From Pseudodesulfovibrio mercurii (GTDB lineage Bacteria > Desulfobacterota > Desulfovibrionia > Desulfovibrionales > Desulfovibrionaceae): a stretch of 32,000 bases of DNA. The position numbers and the translations under genes were made by a program. Under the pieces are notes generated by a model. That model made no database searches and was not told the DNA's origin. It saw only the letters and a list, made by a program, of their open reading frames with translations. Below are positions 17,806 through 25,302 of the stretch, piece by piece (within the stretch, counting starts at the first letter, position 1; every line of letters begins with the position of its first letter). The stretch covers positions 450,001 through 482,000 of the forward strand of contig NC_016803.1 of NCBI RefSeq assembly GCF_000189295.2. The letters are read 5' to 3'.

Positions 17806-18069
17806 GCCGGGGAAGGGCGAAATTCCCGTATGCCGCCTCCTGCGCCCACGGCCTGCGCCCGGAGGACGGACCTTCTTGTCCGCGCGTTGCCGTGGCGCGG
17901 CGTCGGCGGAGCGAACGAGCGCCAGGGTTTCCGGTCGATTGGATGCATAATCATTCGTTCATATTTCTTCTGGTCATACTCCCCTGTCTGGCGTAACATT
18001 TTTGTAGGCAGGTACAGGCCCGAGACGACGAAACCGAGCTGCGGCCCGCAATGGGCCGGGAGGTGATGT

Positions 18070-18951
18070 ATGCCCGCAAACCTCGATGAACTCGTCATTC
18101 GCGTTGCGGACATATGCTCCTACAAATGGGACATGGTGCGCAACCGTCCCTGGGCCTTTCTCATTTCCTCGTTTTCCGGGGGCGCCATGGTGGTCTTCGG
18201 CGCCACCTTGGCCCTGTCGGTCTCGGCCGGGGTGGGCGAGCATCTGGGGCCGGGCTTCGCCAACCTGCTCATGGGCCTCGTCTTCATGTTCTCCCTGGTC
18301 GTCATCATGATGTCGGGCATGACCCTGGTCACGGCCGACATGTACATCGGCGTCATCGGGATATTTCACAAGCGCATCGGCTGGGGCCGCTTCATCTGGG
18401 GCATCGCCCTCGGATATGTGGGCAATTTCGTGGGCAGCATGTTCTTCATGTGGCTGATCAGCAAGAGCGGGGCGTATGCGGCCTGGCCCTGGCTGGCCAA
18501 GTCCCACGCCATCGGGGTGGCCAAGATGGGCTACACCGCGACCCAGATATTCGTCATGGGCATCGTCTGCACCTGGATGCTCCAGACCGCCGCCATACTG
18601 TTCGTCAAGGCCGAGGGGGACATGGCCAAGATCGCCATGGCCGCCTACGGCCCCCTGGCCTTCGTGGCCGGCATGACCGAGCACTGCATCGCCAACATCG
18701 GCTTTCTGGCCCTGCCGCTCTTCCAGCAGGACGTGTTCCTGGAGGCCGCCCGGCAGGCGGGACAGGCCGCGCCGATCCTCCTGCACTGGGGGTTCGGCCA
18801 GTACGGCTGGGCCCACAACCAGCTGTACACCGTGCTGGGCAACATCGTGGGCGGCATCCTGTTCGTGGGCATTCCCTTCCAGCTGGTTTCGAACGCCGAG
18901 CGGGTGAAGAAGCTCTACAAGGACAAAACCTCTTTCATCATCAAGTTGTAA
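18070..18951 (+). CDS. Formate/nitrite transporter (FNT) family anion channel; substrate unknown
   Basis: 293 aa, six or more hydrophobic segments. FNT signatures are MMSGMTLVTADM (equivalent of GAELFTGN, Thr retained) and AGMTEHCIANIGF (equivalent of GFEHSIANM, His retained). GGGAGG RBS 6 nt before the ATG. Confidence 0.8.
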   Translation: MPANLDELVIRVADICSYKWDMVRNRPWAFLISSFSGGAMVVFGATLALSVSAGVGEHLGPGFANLLMGLVFMFSLVVIMMSGMTLVTADMYIGVIGIFHKRIGWGRFIWGIALGYVGNFVGSMFFMWLISKSGAYAAWPWLAKSHAIGVAKMGYTATQIFVMGIVCTWMLQTAAILFVKAEGDMAKIAMAAYGPLAFVAGMTEHCIANIGFLALPLFQQDVFLEAARQAGQAAPILLHWGFGQYGWAHNQLYTVLGNIVGGILFVGIPFQLVSNAERVKKLYKDKTSFIIKL

Positions 18952-18953
18952 TT

Positions 18954-19088
18954 ATGGATTATTCACCGCTGAATCTCATCGTGTGGGGACTGTTTTCGGC
19001 CTTTGCCGCCATTGTATGGATCGTCGCGCGCGGCTTTGCGCGGCGTCACCCGGATTATCCGGGGGATATACCCGACAGGCTCGAGTGA
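18954..19088 (+). CDS. Possible 44-aa single-pass membrane peptide between the FNT and Mo-enzyme genes
   Basis: ATG 2 nt after the FNT stop. Sequence: MDYSPLNLIVWGLFSAFAAIVWIVARGFARRHPDYPGDIPDRLE, one hydrophobic helix followed by a basic patch. No clear SD, so translational coupling would be needed. Below the 60-aa cutoff of the track (it appears as the tail of shadow ORF 18114..19088). Confidence 0.4.
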   Translation: MDYSPLNLIVWGLFSAFAAIVWIVARGFARRHPDYPGDIPDRLE

Positions 19089-19169
19089 CGTCTGCCGGGT
19101 GGACGGCTCCAACGGATCGCACTGCGGACAGGTGGGAACGTGACGGAGTCGCAACACAAGGAGGCACAC

Positions 19170-21302
19170 ATGGTACAGGACGGATGGCATCCAACCGTTT
19201 GCTATCAATGCAAGGCGGAATGCGCTATCCTGGCGAAAATCCGGGATGGACGCGTAACGGAAGTCAAGGGCAACCCGAAATTCGGCGGCAAGGCCTGCGT
19301 CAAGGGCATGGCTGGCGTCACGCTCCAATACGCCAAGGACCGGCTGACCATGCCGCTCAAGCGCGTGGGCGAGCGGGGGGAGGGCAAGTTCGAGGAGATA
19401 TCCTGGGATGAGGCCTTCGACATCATGGAGGCGAAGCTGCGCAGCCTGTATGACCGGGGAGAGGCGCACAAGCTCACCTACAGTTTCTTTCCCCACTCCC
19501 TGACCGATCCCAAATGGCATTTCCTCAATGCCTACGGCGGGTACATCAACACCGGCCTGCCGCACTGCGATTCGGGCAAGATCGTCTCCGAGATCAAGTG
19601 CTGGGGCGGCATTCCCAACCACCACATCCCGCCCGCCTGGTTCACCATGCCAAAGGACGGCATCATCCTGCTGGTCGGGCGCCACGCCTTCGGCTGCCTG
19701 GACGACGCCTGCGTGCCCAGGGACATCATGGAGGCCATGGACCGCGGGGCCAAGCTCGTCGTCGTGGACCCGATCTTCAGCCCGGACGCGGCCAAGGCGG
19801 ACTGGTGGATTCCCATCAGGCCGTCCGGGGACACGGCCCTGTTCCTGGGCATGATCAATCACATCATCGAAAACGACCTCTACGACAGGAAATTCGTCGA
19901 GGAATGGGTCCGCGAGGGCGACTTCGAAAAGGTCAAGGCCCACGTCAAGGACATGACCCCCGAGGCCATGAGCAAAATCTGCGACGTCCCGGCCGAGGAC
20001 ATCCGCAGGCTGGCGACCATGTGCGCCCAGGCCCCGGCCGTGGGCGTGGACGGCTTCAAGTCCATCATGCTCGGCCAGGCCCTGGACTTCGGGCACGCCT
20101 GGTCCATCTTCCTGGCCATCACCGGTAATCTGGACAACCCCGGCGGCCAGCCCATTCCGCAGCTGACGCCCATGAGCCCGGTGGAGCCGCTGCCGCCCGG
20201 CCCGGCGCCCCTCCAGGAGAAGGGGTTCCACCGGACCGGCCCCAACAGCGAGGCGTTCAGGAACTACAGCTTCATCCTGGAGCCCACTTGGTACGAGGCG
20301 CAGGCCATCAAGGACGGCTCCCTCAAGATACTGCTGGTCACCGAGGCCAACCCCGCGCTCACCGAGATGGGCAACCGGGAATGGCAGAAGGCCGTGTGCA
20401 TGAAGGACGAGAACGGCGAATACCTCCTCGAATTCCTCCTGAACACGGACATCATGCTCTCGGAAACCAGCAAATACGCGGACCTCGTGCTTCCGGACCA
20501 GACCCACTTCGAGCGCTACGAGCTGCTGTACATGCCCTGGTGGTACAACTTCGGCCACGGCGTGCTGCTCCGGCAACCCCTGGTCGAGGCCCCCGGCGAG
20601 GCCATGCACTCCAACCTTGTCTTCATCGAGCTCGGCAGGCGGCTGTTCCCGGAATACTTCCAGTTCAAGGACGACGTCGAATACTACGACATCCAACTCA
20701 AGGGACTGGGGCTTTCCGTGGACAAGCTCAAGGCCATGGGCGGGCGGTGGTCGCCCGGAACCATCGGTTTCCGCAAGTACGAGAACGGGGGCTTCAACAC
20801 CCCGAGCGGCAAGGTGCAGCTCTACTGGGATGACCTGGAGGAGCGGGGCCAGCAGCTGCCACGTCCCATCCTGGCCCCGGAATACGATGCGCACGAGAAG
20901 GACTATCCCTTCATCATGATCAGCTACCGGCGCATCCACATCAACGGGACCGGACCCTGGTCCTGCAACAACGCCCAGCTGCGCGACCCCATGTCGGGCC
21001 AGGAGACCAATCCGGCCATCCTCAACCCGGCCGCGGCCGCCAGGCTCGGCATCAAGGACGGCGACGTGGTGACCATCGCCTCGGAGACGGGCGAGCTGAC
21101 CATGCCGGTCATGCTCACCGAACACATCCGGCCCGACTGCGTGGGCGTCATGCACGGCTTCGGCGCGACCGTGGGCCGCGTGGCGGCGGGGTGCGGCTAC
21201 TGCGACAACGAGCTCATTCCCGACGCGGGCTCCCACCTCGAGTGGCAGGATCTCGTGGGCGGCGAGGCGCACGTCTCCACCAGGGTGCGCATAAGCAAGT
21301 AA
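19170..21302 (+). CDS. Molybdopterin (bis-MGD) oxidoreductase catalytic subunit, cytoplasmic type (no Tat/Sec signal)
   Basis: N-terminal [4Fe-4S] motif CYQCKAECx26CVKG (CxxCxxxC...C). MopB core: KLVVVDPIFSPDAAKADWWIPIRPSGDTALFLGMINHII. C-terminal beta-barrel domain: NPAAAARLGIKDGDVVTIASETGELTMPV. Start at the ATG at 19170 with AAGGAGG 5 nt upstream. No RRxFLK motif. No in-frame TGA. Confidence 0.85.
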   Translation: MVQDGWHPTVCYQCKAECAILAKIRDGRVTEVKGNPKFGGKACVKGMAGVTLQYAKDRLTMPLKRVGERGEGKFEEISWDEAFDIMEAKLRSLYDRGEAHKLTYSFFPHSLTDPKWHFLNAYGGYINTGLPHCDSGKIVSEIKCWGGIPNHHIPPAWFTMPKDGIILLVGRHAFGCLDDACVPRDIMEAMDRGAKLVVVDPIFSPDAAKADWWIPIRPSGDTALFLGMINHIIENDLYDRKFVEEWVREGDFEKVKAHVKDMTPEAMSKICDVPAEDIRRLATMCAQAPAVGVDGFKSIMLGQALDFGHAWSIFLAITGNLDNPGGQPIPQLTPMSPVEPLPPGPAPLQEKGFHRTGPNSEAFRNYSFILEPTWYEAQAIKDGSLKILLVTEANPALTEMGNREWQKAVCMKDENGEYLLEFLLNTDIMLSETSKYADLVLPDQTHFERYELLYMPWWYNFGHGVLLRQPLVEAPGEAMHSNLVFIELGRRLFPEYFQFKDDVEYYDIQLKGLGLSVDKLKAMGGRWSPGTIGFRKYENGGFNTPSGKVQLYWDDLEERGQQLPRPILAPEYDAHEKDYPFIMISYRRIHINGTGPWSCNNAQLRDPMSGQETNPAILNPAAAARLGIKDGDVVTIASETGELTMPVMLTEHIRPDCVGVMHGFGATVGRVAAGCGYCDNELIPDAGSHLEWQDLVGGEAHVSTRVRISK

Positions 21303-21312
21303 GGAGGAAACG

Positions 21313-21891
21313 ATGCAACAACTCGGTTTGATGATAGATATGAACAAATGCATTGGCTGCAAGACGTGCGTGGTGGCCTGCCGCAATCACAAGGGCATCG
21401 TGGACCACGAGAACTGCATGCCCGGACAAATCCCGTTCTACCTTCGCGTGGAGTCGGCCACCCAGGGGACCTATCCCAAGGTTTCGGAGCACTGCTGGGT
21501 GGTGCCGTGCCAGCACTGCAAGAATCCGCAATGCGTCAAGGCCTGCAAGGCCGGGGCCATCACCAAGGACCCGCAGAACGGCATCGTGCGCATCGACCCG
21601 GACAAGTGCACGGGTTCCGGGGCCTGCATCGAGGCATGTCCGTACCACGTCATCCAGTTCGACGCGGTGCGCAACAAGGCCCACAAATGCGACCTCTGCT
21701 ACGATCGCGTCGTGGCCGGCGACCCGCCGGTCTGTGTCGAGGTCTGCATGACCGACGCCATCACCTTCGGCGAGCGGGACATGCTCCTCCAGAAGGCCCG
21801 GGACATGGGCCGGGAAATAGACAGGAAGATGAGCGCCATGTCGATCATCTACATGAAGCCCACCCCGAAAAACACGCTGGCCGGGGCCTGA
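21313..21891 (+). CDS. 4Fe-4S ferredoxin-type electron-transfer subunit (DmsB/PsrB/NrfC-like)
   Basis: Four Cys clusters: CIGCKTCVVAC, CQHCKNPQCVKAC, CTGSGACIEACP, CDLCYDRVVAGDPPVCVEVC. AAGGAGGA RBS. Confidence 0.9.
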   Translation: MQQLGLMIDMNKCIGCKTCVVACRNHKGIVDHENCMPGQIPFYLRVESATQGTYPKVSEHCWVVPCQHCKNPQCVKACKAGAITKDPQNGIVRIDPDKCTGSGACIEACPYHVIQFDAVRNKAHKCDLCYDRVVAGDPPVCVEVCMTDAITFGERDMLLQKARDMGREIDRKMSAMSIIYMKPTPKNTLAGA

Positions 21892-21918
21892 CGGTTCGAG
21901 AAACCCTGAAACACGAAA

Positions 21919-21947
21919 GGTGCACTCCGCCGGAGTGCACCTTTTTT
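21919..21947 (+). terminator. Rho-independent terminator after the Mo/FeS operon
   Basis: GGTGCACTCC / GGAGTGCACC 10-bp stem with a 3-nt loop, followed by TTTTTT. Confidence 0.85.
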
Positions 21948-22033
21948 GTTGTCCATCCCGTCGGAGCGGGGCGCACGTCCGCCCGCGATGCCCTGTGCGT
22001 CGCCGGGGCAAGGCCGTTGCCATTCCCCTGCCC

Positions 22034-22066
22034 GGAAAAGAGAAAAGCCCCCGCAAAGCAGGGGCT
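22034..22066 (-). terminator. Rho-independent terminator downstream of ssrA
   Basis: On the minus strand: AGCCCC..GGGGCT stem (with an inner GC/GC pair) followed by UUUUCUCUUUUCC. It lies 33 nt after the tmRNA CCA end. Confidence 0.65.
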
Positions 22067-22099
22067 GATGAAATTTCTCCGTGATGAACGGAACAAAAA

Positions 22100-22485
22100 T
22101 GGTGGAGGCGGGGAGAGTCGAACTCCCGTCCGAGAACGATCCGCGAAAGCGTCTACAGGTTTAGGTCCGGATTAAAATTTCGCTCGACGGGTTGCTCCGG
22201 GCCGGACGGCCGTCGAACTAGATCCTTTGAGTGTTTCGCAGCTCCGGCAAGGAACGAACCTCGGCTTGCTAGCCCTATGATTTGACGACCCTGCCCGCGT
22301 ATAAGGCGTCGGCGGGAGAATCGTGACAAGCTGTGTTGTCAGGTGCAACTCTGCAATTAAGCAGCCATTGCGTATTCGTAATTGTCGTTGGCAATTATCT
22401 TTGTGGTCGATTTTTACGAGGCCATCGACCAACCTCGACCTGCGGCTTCGGCTTCAACTATCCCCGTCGAAACCAGTGCGCCCCC
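22100..22485 (-). ncRNA. ssrA: tmRNA (transfer-messenger RNA), 386 nt
   Basis: The minus strand begins GGGGGCGCACUGGUUUCGACGGGG and ends GGACGGGAGUUCGACUCUCCCCGCCUCCACCA. The acceptor stem GGGGGCG/CGCCUCC includes the G3:U70 alanine identity pair, and a T-arm is present. The internal tag ORF at 22392..22357 encodes ANDNYEYAMAA followed by TAA. Confidence 0.95.
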
Positions 22486-22513
22486 ATGTCAAAGAACCGT
22501 TCGGGACATCTCC

Positions 22514-22541
22514 TATATAAGGTCTCGGGCCCGTTTGGCAA
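22514..22541 (-). promoter_or_regulatory. Candidate sigma-70 promoter for the ssrA precursor
   Basis: The minus strand reads TTGCCA-N16-TATATA, ending about 28 nt upstream of the mature 5' end. This is consistent with a processed leader. Confidence 0.3.
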
Positions 22542-22625
22542 CCAAAACAGCTCAATTTTTCACCGATGGGGGATTATTCGCTATCGTCGGAATATATTCA
22601 ATACATTCGGTATGATATTAATAAT

Positions 22626-22640
22626 CTAGATAATATCTAG
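22626..22640. repeat. 15-bp palindrome CTAGATA-a-TATCTAG inside an AT-rich patch
   Basis: Perfect 7-bp inverted arms around one central base, embedded in the only strongly AT-rich stretch (about 22560-22650) of this part of the window. Confidence 0.5.
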
Positions 22641-23128
22641 TTTTTCTTTAGAGTATTTGGGCCCGATTCACGGCCTGTTCCAAGGGGCAAATCGTATCCT
22701 TAGGGAGTCCGTAGGGTTGGGGATGTGCCGGTGGAAGCCGAAAGTCTAGACATGGCCGGGGAAGGCGAGGCGGCGTCGGCCCGGCCCTGTCTCCGGAGGG
22801 GCCTTTCCGAGCGTTTGCGCGCCAACATCCCTGGCGGTCGTGGGGCTGCGGTTTCACGTCGCATGGAGGGAGATGCGCGTGCTCCGGCAGTTGAACCGCG
22901 TCCCGAGTGTCGAGCCTTTCCCTGTGGATGTGAGACACGTTGAACACCTCCGGCCGTTCCGGAAGGCAAGGAGGGGGGCGGCCGTTACGGTCGCCTTGCG
23001 GGTGCCCCCGGCTTTCGGAATCGGCTGATTCCTGGGACTGTCGTGTAAGAGGCGGAACAGGACGGTCTTCTGCCGTGAAACAAAACGGGAAAAAGACGGT
23101 GTGCATCCGATTTGTGTCCTGCAGGAGG

Positions 23129-23156
23129 TTGCAAGTCGGCCGGAACGTGGTAAAGT
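23129..23156 (+). promoter_or_regulatory. Candidate sigma-70 promoter for the Tat-SOR gene
   Basis: TTGCAA-N16-TAAAGT, 33 nt upstream of the ATG. A partial ATAATCATT Fur/PerR-like half-palindrome lies between it and the RBS. Confidence 0.3.
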
Positions 23157-23188
23157 GAGGACAATAATCATTCCTTACAGGAGGCATC

Positions 23189-23587
23189 ATGAGCAACAGA
23201 CGCGTTTTCCTCAAATCGGCCCTGGCCCTGGCGGCCGGGCTTTCCCTGGGCGTGCGCAGGGCCTCGGCGGACACCGGCCCGTTCCCGTCCAACATCGTCT
23301 ACACAGCCGACGATCCGGGCCAGTGGGCGAAAAAGGCACCCATCCACCTGCCTCAGGTGAGCATGGCGGACGGCAAGCTGACCGTACAGACCAAACATCC
23401 CATGAGCGCGGCCCATTACATCGTCCGGCACACGGTGGTCGGCGCGGACGGCAAGGTCATCGGCGCCCAGGTCTTCACGCCCGAGGACAAGCCGGTCTCC
23501 ACCTACGACCTCCCGCCCAAGGGCGAATACTACGCCACGAGCTTCTGCAACCTGCACGATTTCTGGGTGACCAAGTTCACGGTCTAG
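23189..23587 (+). CDS. Superoxide reductase (neelaredoxin/desulfoferrodoxin centre-II domain) with a twin-arginine signal peptide
   Basis: Tat-type signal MSNRRVFLKSALALAAGLSLGVRRASA. SOR iron-ligand motifs: PIHLPQV (His), KHPMSAAHYIVRH (His...His), FCNLHDFW (Cys-x2-His). AGGAGG RBS. Confidence 0.8.
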   Translation: MSNRRVFLKSALALAAGLSLGVRRASADTGPFPSNIVYTADDPGQWAKKAPIHLPQVSMADGKLTVQTKHPMSAAHYIVRHTVVGADGKVIGAQVFTPEDKPVSTYDLPPKGEYYATSFCNLHDFWVTKFTV

Positions 23588-23602
23588 CCCGGAACCAAGG
23601 AA

Positions 23603-23634
23603 AAGCCCGCACGGTTCGCCGTGCGGGCTTTTTT
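23603..23634. terminator. Rho-independent terminator (usable from both strands) between the convergent SOR gene and a small minus-strand ORF
   Basis: AAGCCCGCACGG / CCGTGCGGGCTT stem with a TTCG loop, followed by TTTTT. An A-run sits on the other side. Confidence 0.85.
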
Positions 23635-23708
23635 GCCGATGAGACACGGGGAATGGCCTGTCGGAACCGGTCCCCGGACAAACTTGCCGTGGAACCGTTC
23701 GACACGGA

Positions 23709-24014
23709 TCATTGTTTCGTGGCGCCAACCTCGAACTCGTAGGTCAGCTGTCGATGCGGCGCCTTCGTCGCGGTTTGTCCGAACCCTTTTTCGATCATCC
23801 CCAGTTCTCGAATGATGAGGGAGACGTTCTGCAATATTTGTCTTGTCTGCCGACAGGAAAGGGGCTGGGAAATATCTTCCACGCTCTCCCTGATGCGTTC
23901 GGCCTCTTCAAGCAGCTTTTCAATGGCACGCTCAAAGGCGTTTTGCGTGTTGAACGTCTTGGTTACGAGATCTTCAATGATTCGGATCGCCTGTTCGGCG
24001 CTTGGATTTTCCAT
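23709..24014 (-). CDS. Hypothetical helical protein, 101 aa; start uncertain (alternative TTG at 24059)
   Basis: Amphipathic Glu/Lys/Arg/Ile/Leu-rich sequence: MENPSAEQAIRIIEDLVTKTFNTQNAFERAIEKLLEEAERIRESVEDISQ... It is more protein-like than the overlapping + ORFs. GC is noticeably lower than in the core genes. GGAGGG lies 11 nt from the ATG, which is long spacing. Confidence 0.45.
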   Translation of the reverse strand: MENPSAEQAIRIIEDLVTKTFNTQNAFERAIEKLLEEAERIRESVEDISQPLSCRQTRQILQNVSLIIRELGMIEKGFGQTATKAPHRQLTYEFEVGATKQ

Positions 24015-24266
24015 GTCGCGATATGCCCTCCGATTCCGTTGTTTTGAATTTTCAAGCAAATTCGACGCCGTACATCCATCAGTTTTATTAACAAAGCCTG
24101 TTGATTTATTTTTGTCGGACGCAAATGGTCCGTGTTGTCCAATCCTCGCCCCATGCGGAATGAGGAAGGTCGGGCGCAGGGGCTTGGCGATGTCCCGGGT
24201 GCGTTCCCGGTCGTTTGTCGGCCGAAGCGGCCCTGACCCGTACCAGAGGTCAATGTGGGAAATTAT

Positions 24267-24296
24267 TTGACAATGTCTCTTCGTGTAGTCTTTGAT
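24267..24296 (+). promoter_or_regulatory. Candidate sigma-70 promoter for the 24345 gene
   Basis: Perfect -35 TTGACA (24267-24272), 18-nt spacer, TTTGAT -10-like hexamer. It lies about 50 nt upstream of the ATG. Confidence 0.35.
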
Positions 24297-24344
24297 GATT
24301 GGTATTGATCGGACATAATAGGTCTAACCGGAAAGGGCCCGACA

Positions 24345-25235
24345 ATGCACAACGATACGGATACGGCCTCCAATGGTGGGGGGAAGCAGTCTCTGACCAC
24401 GAGGCTTCTCCGGTTTGCCGGTGATCATTCCATCTTCATCGTGAGTTTGCTATTTTGGGTGATTGTCTGGTCCCTGGCGTTCGAAGTTCTGTTCACCTAT
24501 TCTTTCCTCTTAAGTCCTTTTTTGATCGTCCTGTATATTGCCCTGTTGATAGGCCATGAGAAAATGCGGCTCAAGCCCGTCGCTTCCTTTGCCTGGGCCT
24601 ATCCCGCCGCCTGTCTGTTGGTAGTCGGCGCACTGTATTGCGCAACCGGCCTCGGGGCCCGATCCTCCGTGTACCGGCTGGGCATGGATATCGAGACTCC
24701 GCACGGCGTGGTTTCCTGCGGCAGCATGGTGGAGGTCGTGGACGGGCGCAATCCGATACGATCATTGCGCCGTGTCCATTCCGGGAAATTGGAGGTCAGG
24801 GGTGAAGCCGTCTATTGTGATCTGGGAAACGACAATCAGGTGGTCGCGATCCTTGCCTTTGACGACGACCAGAACGGAACGTTCAAATTGGCCGCGCTTC
24901 CGCGGACTGCCAGGCAGCGGGGAAGGGCGATCGAAGGCGCCGACCGGGTGGAGATCAAGGACGAATTGATCCTGGTGCGTTTTGCGGACGTGGATGATTT
25001 GATGAGCATCAAACGCATCGTCCCGGCCGACTTCCAAACCGAATTCGGTCCGGGATATGCCTTCGGGCGGTTCTGGCTGGAACCGGTGGACGGCCCGTAC
25101 GTCGGCGCCGGAATCGAGACGAGGCTGCCTTGGGTTGTGCGGGCCCGGGACGGGCTGTACCTCTACGCCTACGCCTACGCCCTTCGCCAAATCGGGGTTG
25201 TCTGCGGCTACAATCCGTTCAAGCGCGATTGGTAG
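24345..25235 (+). CDS. Hypothetical integral membrane protein: three predicted TM helices plus a C-terminal soluble domain of about 180 aa
   Basis: 296 aa. Hydrophobic segments are IFIVSLLFWVIVWSLAFEVLF, FLLSPFLIVLYIALLIG and VASFAWAYPAACLLVVGALYCATGL. The C-terminal beta-rich region carries no motif I recognise. Confidence 0.7.
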   Translation: MHNDTDTASNGGGKQSLTTRLLRFAGDHSIFIVSLLFWVIVWSLAFEVLFTYSFLLSPFLIVLYIALLIGHEKMRLKPVASFAWAYPAACLLVVGALYCATGLGARSSVYRLGMDIETPHGVVSCGSMVEVVDGRNPIRSLRRVHSGKLEVRGEAVYCDLGNDNQVVAILAFDDDQNGTFKLAALPRTARQRGRAIEGADRVEIKDELILVRFADVDDLMSIKRIVPADFQTEFGPGYAFGRFWLEPVDGPYVGAGIETRLPWVVRARDGLYLYAYAYALRQIGVVCGYNPFKRDW

Positions 25236-25302
25236 CGGCGGGCGTTGACTCCTTTGACCGCATCGCCTGGAAACGTAAAAAATACCAGCTCGTTCGCCTC
25301 CA

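Noticed and set aside
17809-17832. Similarity (about 17 of 24 positions with one gap) to the + strand image of the tmRNA 3' end (22109-22132), just after the mot terminator. This could have marked the far att site of an ssrA-integrated island carrying the FNT/Mo operon.
   Set aside because: The match is short, gapped and GC-rich. An opposite-orientation CCGCCTCC match occurs a few bases later, which shows that such hits arise by chance here. No integrase is present. A proper statistical alignment and comparison with relatives are needed before any claim.
18963-21386. 807-aa minus-strand ORF antisense to the Mo-oxidoreductase gene
   Set aside because: Shadow ORF. The + frame has the FeS and MopB motifs and a strong RBS.
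22172-22629. ORFs 22172..22432(-), 22323..22520(+), 22333..22629(+), 22382..22615(+)
   Set aside because: They overlap the tmRNA gene and its promoter region. The RNA assignment (acceptor stem with G3:U70, T-arm, tag ORF ending AMAA-stop) explains the sequence.
22940-22952. TTGAACaCCTCCG, resembling the T-arm region TTGAACCTCCG of the tRNA(CAU) at 28338-28348; possible att repeat
   Set aside because: Only 11-13 nt with an insertion, and the flanking bases do not extend the match. This is within chance expectation.
22648-23295. 215-aa minus ORF and the 60-105-aa ORFs within 22700-23171
   Set aside because: Arg/Pro/Gly-rich translations. One overlaps the SOR start and RBS. None has an RBS or motif. 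Treated as non-coding and reported instead as an unexplained gap.
23712-24270. + strand ORFs 23712..24047 and 23812..24270, overlapping the small minus-strand gene
   Set aside because: No RBS. The translations are irregular and Cys/Phe/Ser/Arg-rich. One would start inside the terminator region. The minus frame is more protein-like, although it is itself only moderately supported.
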